Assembly (NCBI GenBank): GCA_040755455.1
Contig: JBFMAY010000008.1
Span: 1-64,000, forward strand
Direction: 5' to 3'
DNA from: Thermodesulfobacteriota bacterium
GTDB lineage: Bacteria; Desulfobacterota; Desulfobulbia; Desulfobulbales; SURF-16
Length of the DNA: 64,000 bases
The first letter of the stretch is position 1. Every line of letters starts with the position of its first letter. The notes under the pieces are model-generated. The model was not told the DNA's origin, made no database searches, and saw only the letters and a list, made by a program, of their open reading frames with translations. A program made the translations under genes and the position numbers. Of the stretch, positions 27,749 through 37,565 are shown one piece after another.

Positions 27749-29539
27749 ATGTCCATTTTAATGAATCCGGTTTTGCCTGTCCCCGGACCTGAGATGTCGG
27801 TGAAAAAAGCAGGAGGAACAGGTGATCTTGACAGTTCCTTTGCCCGGCATCTCGACCGCCAGCTGGATGAGAAATATGGCAGCAACCGCGACAAGCTGGG
27901 AGTTGCGCAAAATAGTGAGAAAAATCAGCAATCTTCAAAGAGCAAAGATACTTCCGCCCAGGATGCCAAAAGCAAATCGGATGATCGCGACAGCGAAGAT
28001 AAGAAGGCCGGTTCCGTGGCCGAGCTGCTGAGCCAGTTCCTGGCCGAACTGCAGGAGGTTGCCGGGCAGGGCACCGGTGTCCCCGGTGAATGGAAGGCTG
28101 AGCTGCCTGATGTGGAACTGCTGCAACAGTTGGCCGCTGATGCGGGCATGAAGGAGGCAGATTTTTCCCAGTTCATGCAACAGCTGGAAAATAAGGACAA
28201 TAAAATAGGCCTGATTGACTTTTTTACGGCATTGACCCGCCATTTCCAGGAGATGAATCAGTCGGTTCCCGTCACGGTGCCTGAGGCCGAGCTGCCGATG
28301 CTGGAGGCGCTGCTGGCGAAAATGGGCATTGCCGAGGAGAGCATCGCCCGGATAGCCGAAAAGGCCGTGAGCGGTGACGGCAAGCTTGATCTGAGTCTGC
28401 TGGTCAAGGGACTGGCCGATGCGGCCGAGGGAGAAGATCTTGTTCCGGTCACCCTGACGGACTGGGAGACGGAGCAGCTGCAGAATTTGCTGGCCAAGGC
28501 CGGCCTCACCCTGGAGGAGCAGAATGAGCTTCTGCCGGAAAGGTTTCTGAACCAGGTGCTGGGGCGGGAAAATGCCGGCCAACAGGCGCAGCTCAGTGTT
28601 GAAAGGCTGCAGGCCATGTTGAATGATGCCATTGCCGGGGTCAGGGAAAGCCAGCCCAAGGTTGATCTGCCGGCCTTCCTCGCGGATCTGCAGCAGATTC
28701 TTGCCCAGGCGGATTTTGAAGCGCAGGGCGTCGGCTTTACCCCGGTGGTGGAGGAATCGGTCAGCGCCATTTTCCAGAAATTGCAGGAACTGGTTGATTT
28801 GGCGCGGGTCAAGGTTGAGAAAAATAATCTGGCGGAAAATCAATTGCTGGAAGAGCAGGGCGTCAATGACGACTTTGCCGAATGGGTCAAGGGTCTTGAG
28901 GAGAAATTCGACCAGTCCACCGCCCAGGATGATACGGCAGATTTTTCCGGCAACACGGCAGCCGGCCAGACCGGGGAGGAAGTGACCGCGGTCAAGAGCG
29001 AATCCGCCGTCCAGCCGGCCACGGCCTTCACCGTCAAGTCAGGAGGCCAGGATACGGTCCAGGTTGCCGATGCCGCCAAAGGCGAGGCTGCGGCCAGAAA
29101 CCCGTCCCGTCAGCTGCAGCAGCAGGTTTTCCAGCAGCTGTCCGACGGGGTGGTCAGGGGGCTGAAAAACCAGGAACATCATCTTGTCCTGCGTCTCTAT
29201 CCCCAGGATCTCGGCGAGGTCAAGGTCAATCTTACCGTGCGGGATGAGCAGATCTCCGTATCCTTCAACATGGAAAACGCCCGGGTCAAAGAGATGCTGG
29301 AGAGCAACATGGAAGAATTCAAGGACAGCATGAACCAGAGAGGTTTCAAGCTTGGTGAATGCTCTGTTTCCGTTGGCCAGCAGGACAGCGGCGAGAGCTG
29401 GCAGAGATTTGAGATGGCGAGGCAGGCGGTAAAGGCCGCCAGGGAAACCATGGCGGATCTTCCGGCTGATGCGCTCTATCTGCAGGCTGCGCCATCCCGC
29501 ATGGATGGACAGCCGAACGGCATCAACCTGATTGTCTGA
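27749..29539 (+). CDS. fliK: Flagellar hook-length control protein
   Basis: C-terminal L.L.P.DLGEV.V...........F......V.EMLE.N...F...M...G domain; upstream of flgD. Confidence 0.88.
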   Translation: MSILMNPVLPVPGPEMSVKKAGGTGDLDSSFARHLDRQLDEKYGSNRDKLGVAQNSEKNQQSSKSKDTSAQDAKSKSDDRDSEDKKAGSVAELLSQFLAELQEVAGQGTGVPGEWKAELPDVELLQQLAADAGMKEADFSQFMQQLENKDNKIGLIDFFTALTRHFQEMNQSVPVTVPEAELPMLEALLAKMGIAEESIARIAEKAVSGDGKLDLSLLVKGLADAAEGEDLVPVTLTDWETEQLQNLLAKAGLTLEEQNELLPERFLNQVLGRENAGQQAQLSVERLQAMLNDAIAGVRESQPKVDLPAFLADLQQILAQADFEAQGVGFTPVVEESVSAIFQKLQELVDLARVKVEKNNLAENQLLEEQGVNDDFAEWVKGLEEKFDQSTAQDDTADFSGNTAAGQTGEEVTAVKSESAVQPATAFTVKSGGQDTVQVADAAKGEAAARNPSRQLQQQVFQQLSDGVVRGLKNQEHHLVLRLYPQDLGEVKVNLTVRDEQISVSFNMENARVKEMLESNMEEFKDSMNQRGFKLGECSVSVGQQDSGESWQRFEMARQAVKAARETMADLPADALYLQAAPSRMDGQPNGINLIV

Positions 29540-29562
29540 TAATATACGGTGAGGAGATTGCA

Positions 29563-30231
29563 ATGAGCGTAACAACTGTCAACAATACCCTGCCCCAGGT
29601 GGAAGAGGAAAGCCTTTATAAACCGGTGGGCAAGAAAGAACTGGATCAGTATGATTTCATGAATCTGCTGATCACCCAGCTCCAGTATCAGGACCCGATG
29701 AAACCCATGGACACCTATGAGATGGCGTCCCAGCTCTCCCAGTTCAGCAATATGCAGTCCACCCTGGAAATGGCTGCCAACATGGAAAAGCTGCTGGATT
29801 ACCAGACCTCGCAGAACAACCTGCAGCTGCTGACCCTGCTCGACAATCAGGTGGAGGTTGTCGGCAATACCCTGGGCGTCAATGAGGGTGTGGCGGGCGG
29901 CGGCGAGTATACGCTGCCGGAGAATGCCGATACCTGTGTGGTGGAAATCTATGATGCCGGGGGCCATCTGGTACAGATGGTTGATGCGGGCGCCTTGTCC
30001 TCCGGCGCCTATCCCCTGGAATGGGACGGCAAGGATGCCCGTGGTGAAACCGTGGCCGACGGCGCCTATACCTACTGGGTCAAGGCCTATAATGCCCTTG
30101 GCGAACAGCTTGACGTGGATTACCGGGTCACAGGCAAGGTGACGGGAGTCACCTTTGATAACGGTACCGCCCAGCTGAAACTGGATAATTTTGTCGGCGC
30201 CGATGTCGGCTCCGTGGTCAGTGTTTTATAG
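29563..30231 (+). CDS. flgD: Flagellar hook capping protein
   Basis: DFM.LL.TQL.YQDP.KPMD, QL.QFS, I.DA.G..V, WDG.D..G.....G.Y. Confidence 0.95.
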   Translation: MSVTTVNNTLPQVEEESLYKPVGKKELDQYDFMNLLITQLQYQDPMKPMDTYEMASQLSQFSNMQSTLEMAANMEKLLDYQTSQNNLQLLTLLDNQVEVVGNTLGVNEGVAGGGEYTLPENADTCVVEIYDAGGHLVQMVDAGALSSGAYPLEWDGKDARGETVADGAYTYWVKAYNALGEQLDVDYRVTGKVTGVTFDNGTAQLKLDNFVGADVGSVVSVL

Positions 30232-30317
30232 ATAATGACAGGCCATCAGGCGGATAAATTTTTTTCATGGTGTGATATGGCTCAGTTGCGGGCTTTCAGC
30301 GTAAGGAGGAAAAAATA

Positions 30318-32741
30318 ATGGCGATTGCAAGTTCACTTTATTCAAGTATCAGCGGTATTAACACCATGGGTAATGCCATGTCCGTGCTTGGCGATAACGT
30401 AGCCAACGTGAATACCCTGTCATTTAAGTCCAGCCGCACGGTTTTTCAGGATGTGCTCTCCCAGTCGGTTTCCACCGCCTCCGGTTCGTCCCAGGTGGGC
30501 CGCGGCGTTACCCTGAGCACTGTTGACGGTCTCTTTGCCCAGGGCTCTTTCCAGAGTTCCTCCATTGCCACGGACATGGCCATCGGCGGCCAGGGCTTCT
30601 TCATGCTCCGTGCCGCGGAAAACGCCGAAGCGGACATGTATTCCAGGGCCGGGGAGTTCCGTTTTGACCAGGAAGGGTATCTGGTGACCCCCATGGGTTA
30701 TTTTGTCCAGGGCTGGACCATTGATAAGACCACCGGCGAGCGGGCCGGCACCATCGGCGATATGCGCATCGACAAGACCACCCCGCCGGTTGAAACCCAG
30801 ATGGTGGAAATCATCGCCAACCTCGATTCCCGGGAGGATAAGGAACTCAACGAGGTGCGTCTTTTCGATTCCTGGAACGGCACCAATGCCGCGGCGGTCA
30901 AACCGACAGCCCCCATTGATCCGCTGCAGTATGAATACACCTCTGCCATCAAGGTTTACGATTCCAAGGGCGCCAGTCACGATATCTCCATTTATTATGA
31001 CCGGACCACCAATGACAATGAGTGGGAGTACCTGATAACCTGTGATCCTTCCGAGGACGTGCGTTATCTGGATGCGCGGGAACAGACCATTTACGCCCCC
31101 AATGATACGTATAATTATGAGGAGCACAAAGGCGCCGGGGCCCTGCTCTACGGCACGATCCAATTCGACACCTCCGGCAACATCAAGGAGATCTCCGCCT
31201 ATAATGTGCCGCCGGACGGCAAGGTTGATCCGGCCCAGGCCGATAACAGGATTATTCTGGAAAGCACGGACAGCTATTACAGCTTTGAGGCGAACTTCAC
31301 CGGTGCGACCACCAACCAGAGCATTGAGATTAATTTCGGCGCCCAGTATGGCGGGCTTACCTCAACCACCCGCCAGGTGCTGGTCAGCGATCTCGGCGCG
31401 GTTGACAGCAACCTCGCCGGCGCAAGTTACATCACCAGCGAAACCTACTGGCGGGACGTCTATGACGTGAACGGCCTGCAGCTCCAGGGCGACGGTTTGG
31501 TGGGCAGCAGCGATACGATCACCCTTGAGGGTTTTCAGAACGACGGCTCCCCGGTGGCCCCCCCCCTCACTTATTATGTCAATACCGATGCCAAGGTACA
31601 GGAGTTTCTCGATGCCGTGGGCACCGCATTCGGCTGCACCGCCACCATTGACGCCTATGGCCGGTTGAAAATGACCGATCTGACCGCCGGCAACAGCGGC
31701 ATGTATGTCACCAGCGTGGTGGTGGACGGCACCGTGACCGGCGCCGCCACCCAGGATGACGCCAATCCCTTTGGCGAAACCGGGGTCGATGGCGATACCA
31801 TCATCAATGTCACCACCTCAAAGCAGCAAGTTTTTTCCACCGGCCAGGGGCTCAGCACCGGCGGCAGCGTGCCGGTCATTACGGCCAATACGCCGTGGCT
31901 GCAGGTTTTTGACAGCGGCGGCACCAGTATAGCGGACGGCGACGTCTTCACCTTTAACGGCTTTGCCAGCGACGGCACCCCGGTGGTCAATGAGACCTAT
32001 ACGGTGGACGCGGTGATCACCCCCACCAACACGGGCACGGTGCAGGACATGCTTGACTGGCTTGAGACCATTTTCAACGCCGATGCGGAGATTGATTTTG
32101 CCGGCCGGCTGGTGCTGACCGACCGGGTGGCTGATGAGGCTGCCACCACCGGCTATCACAGCCAGCTGGCCATGACCTCGGTTTCGGACGGCTCGGTTTC
32201 CAACGCCGACCCCTGGGGCAACGGCCTCACCCCCTTTCTTACACTGGAGGCCGATGTGAGCGGCGAGGATGGCAGTTTGCAGGGAGGAGTCGTCAGCGCC
32301 GATTTCTCTCCCGAGGCCCTGGCCACCACCCAGTACGCCAACAGCTCGACCACCATTTTTCAGGACCAGAACGGCTATGCCTCAGGCTTTCTGCAGGCCG
32401 TTGCCGTGAATACGGAAGGCATCATCACCGGCAACTATTCCAATGGCCAGGTGCTGAAGAAGGCCCAGGTGGCGCTGGCCAACTTCGCCAGTCTGGAAGG
32501 ACTGTTCAAAAAAGGCGGCAATATCTTCACCGAGACCACCGAATCAGGCGCCCCGGTGACCGGCGCGCCGGGCAGCAACGGTCTGGGAACCATTGCCCCC
32601 AACGCCCTGGAGATGTCCAACGTGGATATCGGCACGGAGTTCGTCAACCTGATCACCGTGCAGAGAGGCTTCCAGGCCAACACCAAGATCGTCACCACCA
32701 CCGATGAGATGATCTCGGACGTCATTAATATGAAGAGATAA
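30318..32741 (+). CDS. flgE: Flagellar hook protein, long form (807 aa)
   Basis: N-terminal SG......M.V.GDNVANVNT..FK, DMAI.G.GFF, Y.RAG.F.FD; C-terminal LEMSNVD...EFV.LI..QRGFQAN. Confidence 0.95.
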   Translation: MAIASSLYSSISGINTMGNAMSVLGDNVANVNTLSFKSSRTVFQDVLSQSVSTASGSSQVGRGVTLSTVDGLFAQGSFQSSSIATDMAIGGQGFFMLRAAENAEADMYSRAGEFRFDQEGYLVTPMGYFVQGWTIDKTTGERAGTIGDMRIDKTTPPVETQMVEIIANLDSREDKELNEVRLFDSWNGTNAAAVKPTAPIDPLQYEYTSAIKVYDSKGASHDISIYYDRTTNDNEWEYLITCDPSEDVRYLDAREQTIYAPNDTYNYEEHKGAGALLYGTIQFDTSGNIKEISAYNVPPDGKVDPAQADNRIILESTDSYYSFEANFTGATTNQSIEINFGAQYGGLTSTTRQVLVSDLGAVDSNLAGASYITSETYWRDVYDVNGLQLQGDGLVGSSDTITLEGFQNDGSPVAPPLTYYVNTDAKVQEFLDAVGTAFGCTATIDAYGRLKMTDLTAGNSGMYVTSVVVDGTVTGAATQDDANPFGETGVDGDTIINVTTSKQQVFSTGQGLSTGGSVPVITANTPWLQVFDSGGTSIADGDVFTFNGFASDGTPVVNETYTVDAVITPTNTGTVQDMLDWLETIFNADAEIDFAGRLVLTDRVADEAATTGYHSQLAMTSVSDGSVSNADPWGNGLTPFLTLEADVSGEDGSLQGGVVSADFSPEALATTQYANSSTTIFQDQNGYASGFLQAVAVNTEGIITGNYSNGQVLKKAQVALANFASLEGLFKKGGNIFTETTESGAPVTGAPGSNGLGTIAPNALEMSNVDIGTEFVNLITVQRGFQANTKIVTTTDEMISDVINMKR

Positions 32742-32783
32742 GATAGCTGATAAGCTGATGGGCTGATGGCTCATGGCTGACAG
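32741..32783. repeat. Degenerate 7-8 bp tandem repeat (GCTGATR/GCTCATG)
   Basis: agatagctgataagctgatgggctgatggctcatggctga; related to the reverse complement of 62434-62455. Confidence 0.65.
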
Positions 32784-32789
32784 GAAAAT

Positions 32790-32835
32790 GCGGATGGCGG
32801 CTGGCAGGATGACTGCGAGCCGCCATCCGTTTTTT
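32790..32835 (+). terminator. Rho-independent terminator after flgE
   Basis: GCGGATGGCGGCT...AGCCGCCATCCGT stem followed by a T tract. Confidence 0.85.
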
Positions 32836-32872
32836 GTTTGTGCGCAGCCGCTTCAGGAATTCGTCTCTCGGA

Positions 32873-32943
32873 CTAGGAGCGGGCCATGCCCGCGACCGTT
32901 GGTAGTGCGGAAACACTGTTATCGCGGGCATAACCGCTCCTGC
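32873..32943. repeat. GTAG-type REP doublet, copy 2
   Basis: CTAGGAGCGGGCCATGCCCGCGA...TCGCGGGCATAACCGCTCCTGC. Confidence 0.8.
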
Positions 32944-32953
32944 CGCCTTCAGA

Positions 32954-33724
32954 CTACTCACCTTGCGCAAAAATGCGGTCAAAGGAGGCAAAGGCCGTTT
33001 GCACCACCGGCACATCATCCGCCAGTTGCAGGTAGGAGGCGCCGGTGATCTCCTGTCTGATCAGCTCCTCGCTGGAGGGGAAAATCCCGCCCAGGGGCAG
33101 ATCGCTTTCCTGCACCGCTGCGCTGATCTTGGCCTCAAGTTCGGCGGACATGGGCTCCGGCGTCCGGTTGACGATGAGGTATCGGTTTTTCACCGTGAGT
33201 CCCAGCGGTCCGGTGATTTCCGCAATGCGGCGGGCGGTAAGGATGCCGCGGGCGGAGGGGTCGGAAACTATGAGCAGATAATCGATGACCCGCAGATTCA
33301 TGCGGCTCAGGTGTTCCATGCCCGCCTCATTATCCACCACGATATACCGGTAGTTGGCGGCCAGGTGGTCCATGGTCATGGCCAGGTACTGGTTGGCCGA
33401 GCAATAACAGCCCGGCCCGTCGGGCTGGCCCATGACCAGCAGATCAAAACCCCTTTCCTCGATAACAGCCTGCTGGATCTTCATGTTCATGAACTGGTCC
33501 CTGGTCATGCCAGGCGGCAGATCGCCCTTCAGCTCCTTTCTGATCTGGCCGATGGTGACTCCCACCTCAAGCTGCAGCAGTTCGTTGAGATTGGCATTGG
33601 CGTCGGCGTCCACCGCCAGCACCGGGGTCAGCTGTTTTTGCAGCAGATATTTGATCAGCAGGGCCGTGGTGGTTGTTTTCCCGGTGCCGCCTTTACCTGC
33701 CAGGGCTATTACTTTCGGGGTCAT
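32954..33724 (-). CDS. cooC: CooC/AcsF-type nickel-insertion ATPase (CODH/ACS maturation)
   Basis: GKGGTGKTT deviant Walker A, VDADAN.NL, GPGCYC metal motif, VDNEAGMEHLSR; start set at MTPKV. Confidence 0.88.
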   Translation of the reverse strand: MTPKVIALAGKGGTGKTTTTALLIKYLLQKQLTPVLAVDADANANLNELLQLEVGVTIGQIRKELKGDLPPGMTRDQFMNMKIQQAVIEERGFDLLVMGQPDGPGCYCSANQYLAMTMDHLAANYRYIVVDNEAGMEHLSRMNLRVIDYLLIVSDPSARGILTARRIAEITGPLGLTVKNRYLIVNRTPEPMSAELEAKISAAVQESDLPLGGIFPSSEELIRQEITGASYLQLADDVPVVQTAFASFDRIFAQGE

Positions 33725-33811
33725 GGTTTTTTCTCCGGGTGAAATGTTGCCGGCCGTCCGAGGCGGCATTGATCTCTTCATTCGATTTTTGTTAGCCGGA
33801 GCTGTTCGGGG

Positions 33812-33880
33812 GTAGGAGCGGGCCATGCCCGCGCGACAGGGTTCGCCAGGCTCCGGGTCGCGGGCATGGCCCGCTCCTAC
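33812..33880. repeat. GTAG-type REP doublet, copy 3 (best-preserved arms)
   Basis: GTAGGAGCGGGCCATGCCCGCG ... CGCGGGCATGGCCCGCTCCTAC, a perfect 22-bp inverted repeat. Confidence 0.88.
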
Positions 33881-34010
33881 TGCTGAATGACATACAGTCA
33901 TGCGAAAAAGGCTTCCATGCTAACCGAAACTTGCATTTTACCGGAAAGGGAAAAAGAGGCAAGATGCAAAACAAAAAAAACATTCTGCCTGGCTGAGGTC
34001 AATTAAAGGC

Positions 34011-34038
34011 TTGCAAGTTGTTGCTTAATTGGTATTCT
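34011..34038 (+). promoter_or_regulatory. Putative sigma70 promoter for ileS
   Basis: TTGCAA-16 bp-TATTCT with a TG extension. Confidence 0.5.
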
Positions 34039-34117
34039 ATCTGGTTTGTTACGTCACGCATGTTTTTTTGCGCCGTGGCGATCGGCAGTCAGGAACGGGG
34101 CGGAAATTTTTTGCCCG

Positions 34118-34154
34118 CAAGGGGCATAAATACCCTCAAGGGGCATAAATACCC
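34118..34154. repeat. Tandem duplication with a 19-bp period in the ileS leader
   Basis: CAAGGGGCATAAATACCC-T-CAAGGGGCATAAATACCC. Confidence 0.85.
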
Positions 34155-34187
34155 GCATCATCAATTTTCATACACGGAGACAAGACC

Positions 34188-36989
34188 ATGGATTACCGGG
34201 CGACGCTTAATCTGCCCCAGACGAATTTCAAGATGAAGGCCAACCTTGCGCAGAAGGAACCTGAACTGTTGAAAGCCTGGGAACAGGAGGGGCTCTACAA
34301 CAAGGTACAGCAGGCCACGGCCGGCAGGCCCCTTTATCTGCTCCATGACGGACCTCCCTATGCCAACGGTTACATCCATCTCGGCACCGCGTTTAATAAG
34401 GTGTTAAAGGATATTATTCTGAAATCCAAGCGCATGGCCGGTTTCCACTGTCCGTATATCCCCGGCTGGGACTGCCATGGCCTGCCCATTGAGCATAATG
34501 TCGATAAAGAACTGGGCGACAAGAAGAAAAATATCAGCAAGCTGGCCTTCCGCGGCGCCTGCCGCAAATACGCCCAGAAGTGGATCGACAAACAGAAGGC
34601 GGATTTCAAGCGGCTGGGCGTGCTGGGTGACTGGGAAGATCCCTATCTCACCATTGATTTCAAATATGAGACGACCATTGCCAGGGAGTTTAACCGTTTT
34701 CTGGCCGACGGCTCCGTAACCCGCAGCAAGAAACCGGTGTACTGGTGCACCTCCTGCGTCACCGCCCTGGCCGAGGCCGAGGTGGAATATGAAGACCATG
34801 CCTCGCCCTCCATCTATGTGAAATTTCCCCTGGCTGAGGACCTGGGAGACGTGGTGCCCCAGCTTGCCGGTCAAAAGGTTTTTGCCGTCATCTGGACCAC
34901 CACTCCCTGGACCCTGCCGGCCAACCTGGCCGTGGCCCTGCATCCCCAGTTCACCTACGCGGCGGTAAAGAGTGGCGATGAGGTGCTGCTCATGGCCGAA
35001 GGGCTTGTCGAGCGGGCCTGTGAGGCCTGCGGCATTGCCGGCTATGAGATTCACGCCACCTTCGCCGCCGGAGCGCTTGCCGGCAGAAAATGCAAACACC
35101 CCTTTCTGGCGCGGGAATCAGTCATCGTCATGGCCGATTATGTGACCCTGGACAGCGGCACCGGCTGCGTGCATACCGCCCCGGGGCATGGCCGGGAGGA
35201 CTATCTCACCGGTCTGCGCTATGATCTCCCCGTTCTCTCGCCGGTGGATGATGCCGGCAGATTCACCGATGATGCCGGTCCCTATGCCGGCATGAACATC
35301 CTGGAGGCCAACCCGCGGATCTGCGATGATCTGCGCGCCGCTGGCCTGCTGCTGGCCCAGGCCAAGCTTTCCCACAGTTATCCCCATTGCTGGCGCTGCA
35401 AGAAGCCGGTCATCTTCCGGGCCACGGAGCAGTGGTTCATCGGCATGGAAAACAATGACCTGCGTAAAAAAGCCCTGGCGGCCATCAGGGAGGTCGGCTG
35501 GACCCCGGCCTGGGGCATGGAGCGGATCTACGGCATGGTGGAGGGCCGGCCGGACTGGTGTCTCTCCAGGCAGCGGGCCTGGGGCGTGCCGATCACGGCC
35601 ATCATGTGCGCAAAATGTGGTCAGATCATCAATAATGAGGCCATTAACAGCAGGATTGAACAGCTGTTTTTAAAGGAAGGGGCCGATGCCTGGTTTTCCC
35701 ATGAGCTGCAGGATTTTCTCGGCCCAGAGAGCACATGCGGTAAATGCGGCGCCGCGGACTTTGTCAAGGAAACGGACATTCTCGATGTCTGGTTTGACTC
35801 CGGGGTCAGCTTTGCCGCGGTGGTCGAGGAGCGCGGCCTGCCGTTTCCGGCGGATCTCTATCTGGAGGGCAGCGATCAGCATCGCGGCTGGTTCCAGAGC
35901 TCGCTGCTCGCCGCGGTGGGCACCCGGGGCAGGGCACCCTACAAGGGCGTACTGACCCACGGTTTTGTCGTGGACGGCCAGGGCCGCAAGATGTCCAAGA
36001 GTATCGGCAACGTCATTGCCCCCGGGGAAATCATCAAGGAATATGGCGCGGATATTCTGCGGCTGTGGGTGTCCTCCGAGGATTACAGGGATGATATCAA
36101 AATCTCGAATGAGATCCTGCGGCGGCTGTCCGACGCCTATCGCAAGATTCGCAACACGGTGCGCTACATGCTGGGCAATATCAGCGATTTTTCGCCGGTG
36201 ACAGACACGGTGGCGGTGGCCGACATGCCGGAAATCGATCAATGGGCCATCTCCCGTTTTGAGCTGGTCAAGCGCCGGGTCATGCAGGCCTATGAGAATT
36301 TTGAGTTTCACACGGTGTTCCATACCCTCTACCAATTCTGCACCGTGACCATGAGCGCCTTTTATCTCGACATCCTGAAAGACCGCCTGTATACGGAGCT
36401 TGACCGCTCCTTGGCCCGCAGATCGGCCCAGACGGTGCTCTATGAGATTCTTGACGGCATGATCAGGCTGATGAGCCCGGTGCTGACCTTTACCGCCGCC
36501 GAGGTGTGGAGTTATCTGCCGGCGGATAGCGGCCGGGAGGAAAATATCTTTCTGGCCAGTTTCCCTCAATTAAAGGACGGCAACCTGAATAAGGAGCTGA
36601 ACGCGACCTGGGACAGGCTGCAGGACGTGCGGGCCGAGATAACCAAGGTGCTGGAGGTGGCCAGGCAGGACAAGATCATCGGCCATTCGCTGGAGGCTGA
36701 GGTGTGGCTTGCCGTGCCCGCTGATCTTGCCGGGTTTCTGGCGGATAAATGGCAGACCCTGGAGACCATCTGCATCGTTTCCAGGCTGCACCGGGCGGAA
36801 ACAGCGCCGGCCGGGGCCATGGCCAGCGCCGAGATCCCGGGACTGGCCGTGCTGGTCAAGTCCGCTGCCTCGGAAAAATGCGAGCGCTGCTGGATGCGCA
36901 GCGAGACGGTGGGGCGGAATGTCGATCATCCGACCATCTGCGGCCGCTGCTGCGCGGTTGTCGCCCAGATGGGACCAACAGGCGCGTGA
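34188..36989 (+). CDS. ileS: Isoleucine--tRNA ligase
   Basis: HDGPPYANG.IHLG, GWDCHGLPIE, WTTTPWTLP, EGSDQHRGWF, KMSKS, C-terminal CERCW zinc finger. Confidence 0.98.
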   Translation: MDYRATLNLPQTNFKMKANLAQKEPELLKAWEQEGLYNKVQQATAGRPLYLLHDGPPYANGYIHLGTAFNKVLKDIILKSKRMAGFHCPYIPGWDCHGLPIEHNVDKELGDKKKNISKLAFRGACRKYAQKWIDKQKADFKRLGVLGDWEDPYLTIDFKYETTIAREFNRFLADGSVTRSKKPVYWCTSCVTALAEAEVEYEDHASPSIYVKFPLAEDLGDVVPQLAGQKVFAVIWTTTPWTLPANLAVALHPQFTYAAVKSGDEVLLMAEGLVERACEACGIAGYEIHATFAAGALAGRKCKHPFLARESVIVMADYVTLDSGTGCVHTAPGHGREDYLTGLRYDLPVLSPVDDAGRFTDDAGPYAGMNILEANPRICDDLRAAGLLLAQAKLSHSYPHCWRCKKPVIFRATEQWFIGMENNDLRKKALAAIREVGWTPAWGMERIYGMVEGRPDWCLSRQRAWGVPITAIMCAKCGQIINNEAINSRIEQLFLKEGADAWFSHELQDFLGPESTCGKCGAADFVKETDILDVWFDSGVSFAAVVEERGLPFPADLYLEGSDQHRGWFQSSLLAAVGTRGRAPYKGVLTHGFVVDGQGRKMSKSIGNVIAPGEIIKEYGADILRLWVSSEDYRDDIKISNEILRRLSDAYRKIRNTVRYMLGNISDFSPVTDTVAVADMPEIDQWAISRFELVKRRVMQAYENFEFHTVFHTLYQFCTVTMSAFYLDILKDRLYTELDRSLARRSAQTVLYEILDGMIRLMSPVLTFTAAEVWSYLPADSGREENIFLASFPQLKDGNLNKELNATWDRLQDVRAEITKVLEVARQDKIIGHSLEAEVWLAVPADLAGFLADKWQTLETICIVSRLHRAETAPAGAMASAEIPGLAVLVKSAASEKCERCWMRSETVGRNVDHPTICGRCCAVVAQMGPTGA

Positions 36990-37492
36990 TGGGGAAAACA
37001 GGCAGGTCGCAATCCTTTGTACTGCTGGTGCTGCTGGCCGGACTGATCATTGTCGCCGATCAGCTGACCAAATGGCTCATCATGTCCCGCTTCGGACTCT
37101 ATGAGATCAAGGAGATTGTGCCGGGTTTTTTCAACCTCACCTATCTGCACAACACCGGCGCGGCGTTTGGTCTGCTGGCCAATGCCAACCCGGCCTGGCG
37201 GCCCTATTTTTTTATCGGCATCGCCCTGGCGGCGCTGGTTTTTGTTTTTTTTGCCTTTCGCCAGTACCGGCACCGCAGTGCGGCGTATGTCTTTGCCTTT
37301 GCCTTTATCGGCGGTGGGGCGGTGGGCAATCTGATTGACCGGGTCCGCTTCGGCTCCGTGGTTGATTTTCTCGATTTTTATGTGGCCACCCATCATTGGC
37401 CGGCCTTTAACGTGGCGGATTCAGCCATCGTGGTCGGGGTCGGCCTTTTTCTGTTGGGCAGCCTGCTGGACAAGGACGGGGAGCCTTCCTGA
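36989..37492 (+). CDS. lspA: Lipoprotein signal peptidase
   Basis: DQLTK, N.GAAFG, GGA.GNLIDR, V.DF.D, WPAFNVAD. Confidence 0.96.
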   Translation: MGKTGRSQSFVLLVLLAGLIIVADQLTKWLIMSRFGLYEIKEIVPGFFNLTYLHNTGAAFGLLANANPAWRPYFFIGIALAALVFVFFAFRQYRHRSAAYVFAFAFIGGGAVGNLIDRVRFGSVVDFLDFYVATHHWPAFNVADSAIVVGVGLFLLGSLLDKDGEPS

Positions 37493-37565
37493 CCGGGGGC
37501 CGGTTTTGCAGTTTTGGGTTCTGTGTTTTGGTATTAATGATTATGGCATGATTGAAGGATTGAAG

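Noticed and set aside
34040..34187. T-box riboswitch before ileS
   Set aside because: No T-box consensus (GGTGG.ACC) or terminator/antiterminator visible; leader is short
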